From Alphaproteobacteria bacterium (lineage in GTDB: Bacteria; Pseudomonadota; Alphaproteobacteria; GCA-2731375), in the NCBI GenBank assembly GCA_030746635.1, contig JASLMH010000002.1, forward strand, positions 6,348-70,347: DNA of 64,000 nt, in the 5' to 3' direction. The notes under the pieces were generated by a model. It had not been told where the DNA came from and did no database searches. It saw only the letters and a list, made by a program, of their open reading frames with translations. This document shows, piece by piece, positions 9,098 through 18,163 of this stretch (position 1 is its first letter; every line of letters begins with the position of its first letter). Both the position numbers and the translations under genes were made by a program.

Positions 9098-11236
9098 CTA
9101 GGCCGCCGCGGCCTGCCATTGCGGTGTTTCGACGAAGCCGCTGTCGACTTCCAGCCGTCGCATGATCTCTTCGATGGTGCCGCGTTCCTCCGGACTGAAG
9201 GTGCCGTCGGCCTCGGCCACGCACATGCACAGCAGGACCAGCAGTTTCGATAGTTCGGGACGCCGCTTCAGCGGGTCCAGCTTGTCCAGATCGACCACCG
9301 CGCCTGCCGCCAGCGGCTCGGCCGGGCGGTCGTCGGCGGCCGCCGATCGGGCCACGATCCTGGCTTGGAGGTCCTGGGCGTATTGGTTGTAGGCGCTGCG
9401 GAACGATTCACCGGTGAAGCGGCCGTAGATGCTCTGGCCGAAACGCTGCCAGAATTCCCCCAGGGCGCGGGTTTCCCGGTCGTCATGGAGTTCGTCGGCA
9501 TAGACCACGTTCGCCGTGGCCACGGTGAAGGCTTGCTCGACCGCCGCGTCGTCGTCGATGCCGCGACACTCGTACCTGATGCGGTCCAGCACTTGCGCGT
9601 CGAGGAACATCGAGCGGATGCGCTCGCTGGAGGTGAGCTGGCGGTTCTTGCGGTACCAGCTCGGGATCAGCGCGCCGACCAGCAGGCCGACGAAGCCGCC
9701 CTTGAGAACGAAAACCCAAGGGTTCCAGCGGCCCCGGAACCCGGCATCCTTGGTGCCGTCGATGATGCCCCCGACGCCCTCCATCCAATAGAAGGCGATG
9801 ACGCTGGCGCAGGACATGACGACACAGGTCAGGATCGCGTCCCAGTAGGCGGGGCGGCGCAGGTCGAGCGTGCCGTGGCTTCTGGTGCGTCCGGTCAGAT
9901 AGGCGATGGTAATGGCCAGCGCCACCGATTGCAGGACATAAGGATACGACCAGGCCAGGTCTCTGCCGACCAGTTGCAGGTTCTCGGCCAGCGGCTTGAA
10001 ATCGACCAGGTTGAGGAAGAACCGCAGCATGAAGGACAGCGACAGCCAGAACACCACCGCACAGGCGCCGGAAATGAAATACTCATGCCAGGGTCGCGAT
10101 GCCTTGCGCCGCTCCGCCGTCGAAGAGCCGAACCAGTTTGGCAGCAGCGCGGCGACCACCGCCGAAGCGTATATGCTGGCCATCAGCACCGCGACGAAGA
10201 ACACCGGGTTCAGGTGCAATTCGCCCTGCTTGGTGCTCATCAGGTTCTTGACGGCGGATTCGCCGATCGCCAACACGACGAAAACCACCACGATGCACCA
10301 GAACAGCAACAGCAGTTGCCCGGTGGTCAGTACGCCGCGGCCGACGCTGCCGTCGCCGAAGCCAAGCGAATGCAACTGTTCCCGTCGGGCCGCTTCGGTC
10401 TTCTCGGCGTACAGCACGGCTCGGGCGATCAGGTTCGTGCTGTCGCGGATCAGGACCTCGTTGAAGGACTGGAATATCCGCTTCTTCTCGTCCAACAGCT
10501 GGTTCTCGTATTCCGACACCTCGTCCTTTTCGGCCAGTTCGCCCTTGAGCTGGAAGAAGGATTTCGCCAGTTCGGTGACCTTGTCGAACTGGGCCTGAGC
10601 CGAGAGGAAGGCCTCGTTGTTCTCCTTGGCGAATTCGATATAGGCCTTGCGCGAGCTTTCCCGCCAGCCCTGCAACAGGCTGCAAAGCGCGGCGGCGACC
10701 GGCCAGCCGTAGGCGGGGCTGTCCTCGGTGTCGAAGCTCAACACATCCTCGTCGATGCCACGTTGCCTTGCCGCCGCATGCACGTTGGTGGCGTTGGCGT
10801 TGTTGAACTCGAACGGCACCCAGGCCATCTGCACCGCCAGTTCGTTTGCCTCCGCTGGAATCTTGCCCAGGCTCCAGATCCGAGCACGCAGGCCGGTGTC
10901 GGCCTTTTCCAGGCCTGGGATGGAGAGCAGCAGCACCGTCAGGCCCAGGGCGACCAGGATCGGCACCGCCAGGCCCTGATCCAGGGTCGTCTTGATCTCT
11001 TCCGGGATGGTGATGCCGAAAATCGGCAGCAGCTTCAGGATCTGCGTCACGATCCCGGGGAAGCTCACCAGCAGCATGCCAACGGTGAAGTAGAAGACGA
11101 GCAGGACGCCGACATAGAGCGCCAGCGCGCGGTAGTATTGAAAACAGGTCGTGGAACTCCGGTGCGATTTCGGCGTGCGGTACCTGGAATAGCCATGTGC
11201 GGCGACGAAAGCCGCGCCTAGAACCCATTCAGACAT
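9098..11236 (-). CDS. large polytopic membrane protein with central coiled-coil region and C-terminal TerB-like domain (hypothetical)
   Basis: Start MSEWVLGAAF with GGGAGG SD 7 nt upstream. Two N-terminal TM helices, a coiled-coil soluble region of about 200 aa, then about six TM helices. The C-terminal LSKLLVLLCMCVAEADGTFSPEERGTIEEIMRRL resembles a TerB-family motif. Confidence 0.55.
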   Translation of the reverse strand: MSEWVLGAAFVAAHGYSRYRTPKSHRSSTTCFQYYRALALYVGVLLVFYFTVGMLLVSFPGIVTQILKLLPIFGITIPEEIKTTLDQGLAVPILVALGLTVLLLSIPGLEKADTGLRARIWSLGKIPAEANELAVQMAWVPFEFNNANATNVHAAARQRGIDEDVLSFDTEDSPAYGWPVAAALCSLLQGWRESSRKAYIEFAKENNEAFLSAQAQFDKVTELAKSFFQLKGELAEKDEVSEYENQLLDEKKRIFQSFNEVLIRDSTNLIARAVLYAEKTEAARREQLHSLGFGDGSVGRGVLTTGQLLLLFWCIVVVFVVLAIGESAVKNLMSTKQGELHLNPVFFVAVLMASIYASAVVAALLPNWFGSSTAERRKASRPWHEYFISGACAVVFWLSLSFMLRFFLNLVDFKPLAENLQLVGRDLAWSYPYVLQSVALAITIAYLTGRTRSHGTLDLRRPAYWDAILTCVVMSCASVIAFYWMEGVGGIIDGTKDAGFRGRWNPWVFVLKGGFVGLLVGALIPSWYRKNRQLTSSERIRSMFLDAQVLDRIRYECRGIDDDAAVEQAFTVATANVVYADELHDDRETRALGEFWQRFGQSIYGRFTGESFRSAYNQYAQDLQARIVARSAAADDRPAEPLAAGAVVDLDKLDPLKRRPELSKLLVLLCMCVAEADGTFSPEERGTIEEIMRRLEVDSGFVETPQWQAAAA

Positions 11237-11641
11237 CGGCAACCCTCCCCATCTCGCAGGCACCCCCGCCTGCCTTCGGGCGGCGTGCCTACGACGCCGC
11301 GCCGGTCATTCCGATAGTCCGGGACCCCTGGGTCCCGCCAAGCCGCTGGCCATCGGCCACACGATCACTGCTTGGACCAACTATTGGACCGCCGGTCTGG
11401 CCGACCGGCGGCGATTGTCGATGGTTCGAGCGATAGGCTCATTCGGTCCGATAATCCGAGGAGCTGCCCCAATTTTGGCTCATGAACCGACGCCCTCACA
11501 CCGACTCCTCAAACTAGACGCGATTCTAGCCCAAGATGGCGCCGCGAGGAAGGTTGGGGCGGTTTTCTCGCCGTATGGTAGCGGCCGCGGCCTCGATGGC
11601 GCACCAGCGGCCGGGGATTTTCCAGCCGCCGCCGACGGGGC

Positions 11642-12433
11642 TCAGCGCGGCCAGGTGCGCAACGCGCACAGGCCGCCGTCCACCGGCAGAAACACGCCGG
11701 TGACCCAGCGGGCCTCGTCGCTGGCCAGGTAGACCGCCGCCCAGCCGATGTCCCAGCCGGTGCCCTCGGTCTGCATGGGCACCATCTGGCGGCGGCGTTC
11801 GCGCGCCTCCTCACCCAGGCGGGCGACCATCGGCGTGTTGACCGAGCCGATGATGATGCAGTTGCAGCGGATACCCTCGGTGGCGTAGTCGGCGGCGATC
11901 GACAGGGTCAGGCCATGCACTCCCGATTTGGTGGCGGCATAGGCGGCGGCGCCCTCGCTGCTGATCAGGCCCAGGGCGCCGGCGATCGAGGAGACGTTGA
12001 TGATCGAACCGCCGCCGCCGCTCTCTCGCATCAGGGGCACGGCGGCGCGGCTGCACAACATGGCCGAGGTCATGTTGACGTGCAGCAGGTTGTGCCAGTC
12101 CTCGTCCGAGACCTCCTCGACCCGGCCCGGGGCGGCGCCGACCCCGACGTTGTTGGCCAGCACGTCCAGGCGGCCGTAGCGCTCTTGTACCGCCTCGGCC
12201 ATGGCCGCGACCTGATCGGCCTGGGTGACGTCGGCGGCGAACACCGAGGCCTCGCCGCCTTCCCCGGCGATCTCCCGCCGCAATTCCTCGGCCCGCTCCG
12301 CCGAGCGATTGACCAACAGGACCTTGGCCCCCTCACGGGCGAACAGCATGGCCATGGCCTTGCCGTTGCCCACGCCTTGGCCGCGCGGCGCGGCCCCCGT
12401 GACGATCGCCACCTTGCCGTCCAGGCGTCCCAT
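11642..12433 (-). CDS. SDR family short-chain dehydrogenase/reductase
   Basis: TGAAPRGQGVG Rossmann motif, NNVG and the YAATK catalytic motif. AAGGAG SD 7 nt upstream. Confidence 0.85.
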   Translation of the reverse strand: MGRLDGKVAIVTGAAPRGQGVGNGKAMAMLFAREGAKVLLVNRSAERAEELRREIAGEGGEASVFAADVTQADQVAAMAEAVQERYGRLDVLANNVGVGAAPGRVEEVSDEDWHNLLHVNMTSAMLCSRAAVPLMRESGGGGSIINVSSIAGALGLISSEGAAAYAATKSGVHGLTLSIAADYATEGIRCNCIIIGSVNTPMVARLGEEARERRRQMVPMQTEGTGWDIGWAAVYLASDEARWVTGVFLPVDGGLCALRTWPR

Positions 12434-12459
12434 GCCGTGATCTCCTTGCTTGTTCCGGT

Positions 12460-13095
12460 TCAGCCGAGCGGCGAAAACGGCGCCGGCAGCAGCACCATCG
12501 AGTTCATCTCTTCCAGCATGCCGCCGGCCTGACCCAGGAAGGCCTGCCAGTCGGGGTCCTGCATGGCAGCGCCGCGGGCCTCGGCCCGGGCGTCCAGGCT
12601 CTGGTAGGCCCAGAGGTGCGAGACTTCGTTCGGCTCGCCCGCCTCGGTCAGCCAGAGGCAGACGTTCTTGGAGTATTTTTCCCGCGCCGGCATCGCCTCG
12701 GATATCGCGGCGACGAAGTTCGGTCCTTCGCCGACCCGGGCCTGGTAGTGGCGGTACTCATAGACATTGCCGCTTTCGGCCGGCGGCGTCAGTGGGCGTT
12801 GCGGATGCATCAGGCGGATCCGCTGATGGCGGATCAGCGATCGGACAAGGGGCACGAAGCCTTCGATCCAATCCTTGTTCTGGGCCAGCCGGGCGCGGGA
12901 TTCCTGGCGGGTGTTCAGATCCTCGTGCGACCAGAGGTGCACGACCTGGTTCAACGGGCCGAATTCCGAGACCCAGAAGCCTTCCATCCTGCCGTAGTCG
13001 TTGCCGCGGATCGGGATGCCCTTTTCCGCCACCGCTTTCAGGAATTCCGGCGCCTTGCCGGGCCACATGGTGTAGGTCCTCATCTCGTGGATCAT
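12460..13095 (-). CDS. NIPSNAP family protein (two tandem NIPSNAP domains)
   Basis: The two halves share the (V/I)xExRxYxxxPG...VxHLW pattern. Start at MIHEMRTYT with GAGGAG SD. Confidence 0.7.
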   Translation of the reverse strand: MIHEMRTYTMWPGKAPEFLKAVAEKGIPIRGNDYGRMEGFWVSEFGPLNQVVHLWSHEDLNTRQESRARLAQNKDWIEGFVPLVRSLIRHQRIRLMHPQRPLTPPAESGNVYEYRHYQARVGEGPNFVAAISEAMPAREKYSKNVCLWLTEAGEPNEVSHLWAYQSLDARAEARGAAMQDPDWQAFLGQAGGMLEEMNSMVLLPAPFSPLG

Positions 13096-13132
13096 CGGGG
13101 ATGTCTCCTCTGTTGACGGTCCTTGCGCCACC

Positions 13133-14260
13133 TTACCGAATGAAGGGCAGCTCGGTCACTTCCGCCCGGCGCTCGCCGGCCGGCGTGGTCACCTGGACCT
13201 GGTTGCCGATTTGCGCGATTTCGCTCTTCAAGAGAGCCATGGCGATGTTGCGGTGCAGGCGCGGCGAATGCACCGCGCTGCTGACCTGGCCGACCGCAGC
13301 GCCGGCCTGGTGCACCGGCCATTTGCCGGCGCTGTTCGGCAACGGCTCACCATCGATGAACAGGCCGACCAGCCGGCGCGGCGGTCCGCTGTCGCGCATG
13401 TGCCGCAAATTCTCCATGCCGATATATTCGCCCGGCTTGTCCAGATCGCAGAAGCGTTCCAAGCCGATCTCCAAGGGACTGACGTCGGCATCCATATCGC
13501 CGCCGTGAGAGAGCAGGGCGCTTTCCGTACGTTCGATCTGATTGGGCGTGCCGGGGCCGATGCCATGGGGCGCCCCGGCCGCCATCACCAGATCCCATAG
13601 CCGGCCGCCCTGGGCACCGTCGGTGAGATACAATTCGTACCCGCCCTGTTTGCTCCAGCCCGAGCGGGCCAGCACCAGGGGGATGCCCTGCAACTCCGTT
13701 TCACGGAACCAGAAATAGCGTAATTCCCGCACCCAGTCGCCGAACAGCTCGGCGATCACGTCCTCCGCCTTGGGGCCTTGCACCGCCAGGGGCGAGGCAT
13801 CCGGCTCGGTGACCAGGACGTACATATTGCGTTCCTTGGCGATGGCGTCGACCCAGAGCAGCAGATCGCCGTCGGCCAGGGACAGCCAAATTTGGTCTTC
13901 CGCCAGCCGCAACAGCACCGGGTCGTTCAGCATGCCGCCGAAATGGTTGCAGATCGGCACGTACAGGCCCTGGCCGACGATGCAGTCCGACAGATCCCGC
14001 GGCGTCAGCAATTGCGCCAGGTTCAGGGCGTCCGGACCGAACAATTCGACCTGCCGCTGGCAGGCAACGTCCCAAAGGCTGACATCGTTGATCAGCCGCC
14101 AATACTCCCCCTCCGCATCGCCGTAGGAGGTCGGCATGTACATGTGGTTATAGATGGTGAAGGCGGTACAGCCGGCCGCCACCGTACGGTCGAAGAAGGG
14201 CGAGGGACGCACCCGGGCGCCAAAGGTGATGTCGGCACGATAGTCCAGCGGCAGCTTCAT
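13133..14260 (-). CDS. aminomethyltransferase (GcvT) family protein, THF-dependent demethylase-like (DmdA/LigM-like)
   Basis: 375 aa with a GcvT-family fold signature along its length. GGGGG SD upstream of the ATG at 14260. Confidence 0.75.
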   Translation of the reverse strand: MKLPLDYRADITFGARVRPSPFFDRTVAAGCTAFTIYNHMYMPTSYGDAEGEYWRLINDVSLWDVACQRQVELFGPDALNLAQLLTPRDLSDCIVGQGLYVPICNHFGGMLNDPVLLRLAEDQIWLSLADGDLLLWVDAIAKERNMYVLVTEPDASPLAVQGPKAEDVIAELFGDWVRELRYFWFRETELQGIPLVLARSGWSKQGGYELYLTDGAQGGRLWDLVMAAGAPHGIGPGTPNQIERTESALLSHGGDMDADVSPLEIGLERFCDLDKPGEYIGMENLRHMRDSGPPRRLVGLFIDGEPLPNSAGKWPVHQAGAAVGQVSSAVHSPRLHRNIAMALLKSEIAQIGNQVQVTTPAGERRAEVTELPFIR

Positions 14261-14389
14261 GATCGCCCCCGTTTGCCTCTGGCGGAGCGACCAAGACGAC
14301 GCCGCCGGCGAGATTATCGCCGACGATGTTAGTCCGCCCCGGCAGGCAAGAAAATCGTTTGCTTTGCCGGGATGATCACCAAGGTCCGG

Positions 14390-14782
14390 TTAGCTGGCGG
14401 TCAGGAAAACCGAGCCGACCATCAACAAGCCGATCAACCCGATGGCCCAGACTCCGGTGCGCAGCCACGGGATGCCGATCAGGTAGACCACGGCATAGAC
14501 CAAACGGGCGATCACGAAGATCTGCGCCCCCAACGCGCTAGTCGCGTTCGACAACCCGGCCAGGTGGGCCGCGATCACCAGGGCCGCGAACAGCACCAGG
14601 CTTTCCAGCATGTTGCGGTGGGCCCGCAGGCCACGGTCGGCCATGCCCTCGTAGGTGACGCCCTCGCGATTGCCCGCCAACGCCGCCATGCCAACCTGCG
14701 GTATGGCCAGGGTCACGGCCACCACCATCTGGACCAGTGTCAGGACAACGGCCCAGAACAGCATCCATAGTTCCACGGTCAT
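14390..14782 (-). CDS. MAPEG family membrane protein
   Basis: 130 aa, four predicted TM helices, MAPEG-like pattern. Confidence 0.65.
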   Translation of the reverse strand: MTVELWMLFWAVVLTLVQMVVAVTLAIPQVGMAALAGNREGVTYEGMADRGLRAHRNMLESLVLFAALVIAAHLAGLSNATSALGAQIFVIARLVYAVVYLIGIPWLRTGVWAIGLIGLLMVGSVFLTAS

Positions 14783-14894
14783 GATGTCTACCCCATGCGG
14801 CCGGGACCGCCCGGGGATCTTCCTAGGCGAATCCCAATGTCATTCAACATAACACAGGCGCTGGCGGCGACGGCCGCCTGCACGCGAACGGGCG

Positions 14895-15308
14895 TCAGGC
14901 GGGACGGATCACCGGCAGGGTCAGATCGTCCGTGGCGTCCTCGAAATCCACCCGCACCGGCAGGCCGATACGCAGCCCTTCGGGGTCCAGGTCGCGGGCC
15001 TGGGCGCACATCCGCACGCCCTCGTCCAGGTCGACGATGACCAGCACCAGCGGCAGGTCCCCCTTGAAGCCGGGGTGGAAGGCGTGGTGCGAGATGGTCC
15101 AGCTATGCACCTGGCCCTTGCCGCTGGCCTCCATCCATTCGGTGTCCATGGAGAAACAGGCATCGCAGACCGGGCGCGGGTAGTGCCTGACCTTGCCGCA
15201 GGCGCCGCATTTCTGCAGCACCAGTCGGTGTTCCTTCATGGCCTCCCAGAACGGCCGGCTTTCCTCGTTCGGCGGGGGTAGCGGCTTGTCGTAAGTGGCG
15301 GCCGTCAT
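14895..15308 (-). CDS. Zn-ribbon/OB-fold DUF35 family protein (thiolase partner)
   Basis: CGACGK...CDAC zinc ribbon followed by an OB fold. GAGGAA SD. Lies 4 nt downstream of the thiolase-like gene, the classic SCP-x thiolase plus DUF35 pair. Confidence 0.75.
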   Translation of the reverse strand: MTAATYDKPLPPPNEESRPFWEAMKEHRLVLQKCGACGKVRHYPRPVCDACFSMDTEWMEASGKGQVHSWTISHHAFHPGFKGDLPLVLVIVDLDEGVRMCAQARDLDPEGLRIGLPVRVDFEDATDDLTLPVIRPA

Positions 15309-15312
15309 GGTC

Positions 15313-16467
15313 CTAGTTCCTCATGATGGCGATGGAACCGTCGCCCAGGTCGCCGTAGCCGGTGACCAGGCCGATCTCGGCATCCGCCACCTGGGCCTTG
15401 CCGCCGTCGCCGCGCAACTGTTTGACCAGTTCGCAGACGTGGTTCATGCCGATGATGTGCGATTGCGAGAGCAGGCCGCCATGGGTGTTGATGGGCAGTT
15501 CGCCGCCCAGGGCGATGCGGCCGCCGGATACGAAATCGCCGCCCTCGCCCTTCTGGCAGAAGCCCAGATCCTCCAACTGGCACAGCACCGTGTAGGTGAA
15601 GCAGTCATAGACCTCGGCGACGTCGATGGCCTCGTGGCCGATGCCGGCCATGGCGAAGGCCCGGGGCGCCGCCTTGGCCAGGCCAATCTTGGTCAGGTCC
15701 GGCCGCTGGCTGATGGCGGAGGGCGAGTCGGGATGGCCCTCGGCCACGCCCATGATGTAGATCGGCCGCCGCGCCAGGTCCTTGGCCCTCTCGGCGCCGC
15801 TGATGATCACGGCGGCGGCGCCGTCGCTTTCCAGGCAGCAATCGAACAGCCGCAGCGGGTCCGAGATCATCCGCGAGTTCTGGTGGTCCTCGACGGTCAG
15901 CGGCTTCTTCATCACCGCGTTGTCGTTCAGCATGGCGTGGTTGCGCATGGTCACGGCGATCTCGGCGAATTGCCGCGAGGTGGTGCCGTACAATTCCATG
16001 TGCCGGCGGGCCATCGGCGCGTAAAGCTGCGCCGGGGCGATGTTGCCGCTGGGCATCTCGTATTCGCCGAAGACCCGGAACTGGGGAATTGCCTGGGCCC
16101 GGCCGCCGATGCGCGGGCCGGAATAGCCGTTGCGGCCGATCGGGATCAGCACGTGGTTGGCGGCGCCGGCGACGATCGCCGATGTCGCGGCCTGGATGGC
16201 GGCCACGGCGCTGGCGCCGCCCAGGGGCGTGACGGCGGAAAACCGCAAATCCTCGATGCCCAGGTTGGTGATGAATTCCTCCGCCACCATCTCCATGTTG
16301 CCATAGGGTATGACGCCGTCGATGTCGCCGGGTTGCAGCCCGGCATCGGCGATCGCCCTCAACGCGGCTTCCATCTGCAAGGCGGCGACGCTCCTGCCCG
16401 AGCCGCGGGTATATTCGGTTTCGCCGACGCCGGTGACGCAGCAGCTTTCCCGAAGACCGGTCATCAT
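15313..16467 (-). CDS. thiolase-like (SCP-x/nonspecific lipid-transfer-protein type) acetyl-CoA acyltransferase
   Basis: Thiolase-fold pattern with catalytic Cys in CVTGVGET. The track ORF starts at a TTG; the first ATG is at 16467. Confidence 0.8.
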   Translation of the reverse strand: MMTGLRESCCVTGVGETEYTRGSGRSVAALQMEAALRAIADAGLQPGDIDGVIPYGNMEMVAEEFITNLGIEDLRFSAVTPLGGASAVAAIQAATSAIVAGAANHVLIPIGRNGYSGPRIGGRAQAIPQFRVFGEYEMPSGNIAPAQLYAPMARRHMELYGTTSRQFAEIAVTMRNHAMLNDNAVMKKPLTVEDHQNSRMISDPLRLFDCCLESDGAAAVIISGAERAKDLARRPIYIMGVAEGHPDSPSAISQRPDLTKIGLAKAAPRAFAMAGIGHEAIDVAEVYDCFTYTVLCQLEDLGFCQKGEGGDFVSGGRIALGGELPINTHGGLLSQSHIIGMNHVCELVKQLRGDGGKAQVADAEIGLVTGYGDLGDGSIAIMRN

Positions 16468-16803
16468 CAACTCTCCACGTTCGATCTCGTTTCCGCCGGC
16501 GATTATCCGGCAACCGCGAAGGCCATGCCAGCCCCGTGAACTGGATTTTTCGGCCGCCGGGCGTTATAAGGGCGCCGGCGCCGCTTGGGCGACCCTGAAA
16601 GGACGATCATCGTGATCCTGCGCGAAGATATTCTGCGCGAACGAATTACCCAGCCGCCGGGCGGCTGTCCCGGCCGGGAAGGCGACGCCGCCGCCGTTGC
16701 CGCCCGATGTTGCGCCTGATCCGGACCTGGCGTTAAGGGCGTATCGCCGCCGAAGGGCGGTATCACAAGCGAAAATCCAAAATCATTGACGGGACGAATC
16801 CCG

Positions 16804-18159
16804 ATGTCCGCACTGCAAATCCACAATACCGCCAATCGGCGCAAGGAAAGCTTCGAACCGCTGCAACCCGACCATGTGCGCCTCTATGTCTGCGGCCCGA
16901 CGGTCTATGACCACCCGCACGTGGGCAATGCCCGGCCGGTGGTGGTGTTCGACAGCTTCGTGCGGCTGCTGCGCCGGCTGTATCCGAAGGTCACCTACGT
17001 CCGCAACATCACCGATATCGAGGACAAGATCATCGACCGGGCGGCGGCCCGCGGCATCTCCATCGCCGAAGTGACGGCGGAGACCATCAAGGCCTTCCAC
17101 GATGACGTGGCGGCCCTGAATGCCCTGTCCCCCGATCACGAACCGCGAGCCACCGATTACGTCACCGGCATGATCGCCATGACGGAAACCCTGCTCGCCA
17201 AGGGCAATGCCTACGAGGCCGAGGGCCATGTGCTGTTCGATACCGCCTCGATGGCCGATTACGGCGCCTTCGCCCGGCGCAGCAGCGACGAGTTGATCGC
17301 CGGCGCCCGGGTCGAGGTGGCGCCATACAAGCGCAACCCCACCGACTTCGTACTCTGGAAGCCATCGGATGAGAGCCAGCCCGGCTGGGACAGCCCCTGG
17401 GGCAAGGGCCGGCCCGGCTGGCACCTGGAATGCTCGGTGATGTCCGAGGCTCTGCTGGGCGAGACCTTCGACATCCACGGCGGTGGCGTCGATCTGGTGT
17501 TCCCCCATCACCAGAACGAGATCGCCCAAAGCACCTGCGCCCATGATGGCGCCTTGTTCGCCAAGTATTGGATGCACAACGGCCACGTCACCGTCGGCGG
17601 CGAGAAGATGTCGAAGTCCCTGGGCAATTTCCTCACCGTGCACGAATTGCTGAAGGAACAGCCGGGCGAGGCGATCCGCCTCTCCCTGCTGTCGGCGCAC
17701 TATCGCCAGCCCCTCGACTTCACCCGCGAAGCCGTGGGGGAGGCCCGGCGCATCCTGGATCGCTGGTACCGGGCGGCGGGCAAGGTTCCGGCCGCCGACG
17801 AACTGCCCGAGGCGGTGCTGGCCGCCCTGTGCGACGATATGAACACGCCCAGGGCAATCACCGAGATGCACCGGCTGGCCGATGCGGCGATGGCGGGCGA
17901 CGGACGGGCGGCGGCCGAATTGCGCAGCAGCGGCGAGATGCTGGGCGTGCTGTGCCAGGATGCCGGCCTATGGTTCCAGGGCGACGAAGACGCCGACGGT
18001 CCGTCCGCCGACGAGATCGAGCAATTGATCGCCCGCCGCGCCGCGGCGCGACGGCAAAAGGATTTCGCCACCTCGGACCGGATCAGGGACGAACTGGCGG
18101 ATCAGGGCATCGTGTTGGAAGACGCCGCCGGCGGCACCACCTGGCGACGGGGGGGATGA
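16804..18159 (+). CDS. cysS: cysteine--tRNA ligase
   Basis: HVGN (HIGH-class) and KMSKS motifs, a zinc-binding Cys, end-to-end class I aaRS similarity. The track ORF begins at an upstream TTG; the ATG is at 16804. Confidence 0.9.
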   Translation: MSALQIHNTANRRKESFEPLQPDHVRLYVCGPTVYDHPHVGNARPVVVFDSFVRLLRRLYPKVTYVRNITDIEDKIIDRAAARGISIAEVTAETIKAFHDDVAALNALSPDHEPRATDYVTGMIAMTETLLAKGNAYEAEGHVLFDTASMADYGAFARRSSDELIAGARVEVAPYKRNPTDFVLWKPSDESQPGWDSPWGKGRPGWHLECSVMSEALLGETFDIHGGGVDLVFPHHQNEIAQSTCAHDGALFAKYWMHNGHVTVGGEKMSKSLGNFLTVHELLKEQPGEAIRLSLLSAHYRQPLDFTREAVGEARRILDRWYRAAGKVPAADELPEAVLAALCDDMNTPRAITEMHRLADAAMAGDGRAAAELRSSGEMLGVLCQDAGLWFQGDEDADGPSADEIEQLIARRAAARRQKDFATSDRIRDELADQGIVLEDAAGGTTWRRGG

Positions 18160-18163
18160 TCCG

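Noticed and set aside
9365-11221. 618-aa plus-strand ORF opposite the large membrane protein gene
   Set aside because: Shadow ORF with a low-complexity product. The minus-strand gene has an SD and a coherent TM topology.
11237-11641. 400-bp gene-free gap upstream of the large membrane protein gene, inspected for sRNA/tRNA
   Set aside because: Only small local hairpins (GGACCCCTGGGTCCC, CGCCGGTC-N5-GACCGGCG). There is no cloverleaf-compatible arrangement and no promoter/terminator pair defining an sRNA.
16611-16712. 33-aa GTG-initiated small ORF with AAAGGA SD in the thiolase/cysS divergent intergenic region
   Set aside because: Too short and unconserved to call. It could be a leader peptide but there is no supporting attenuator structure; left unannotated.
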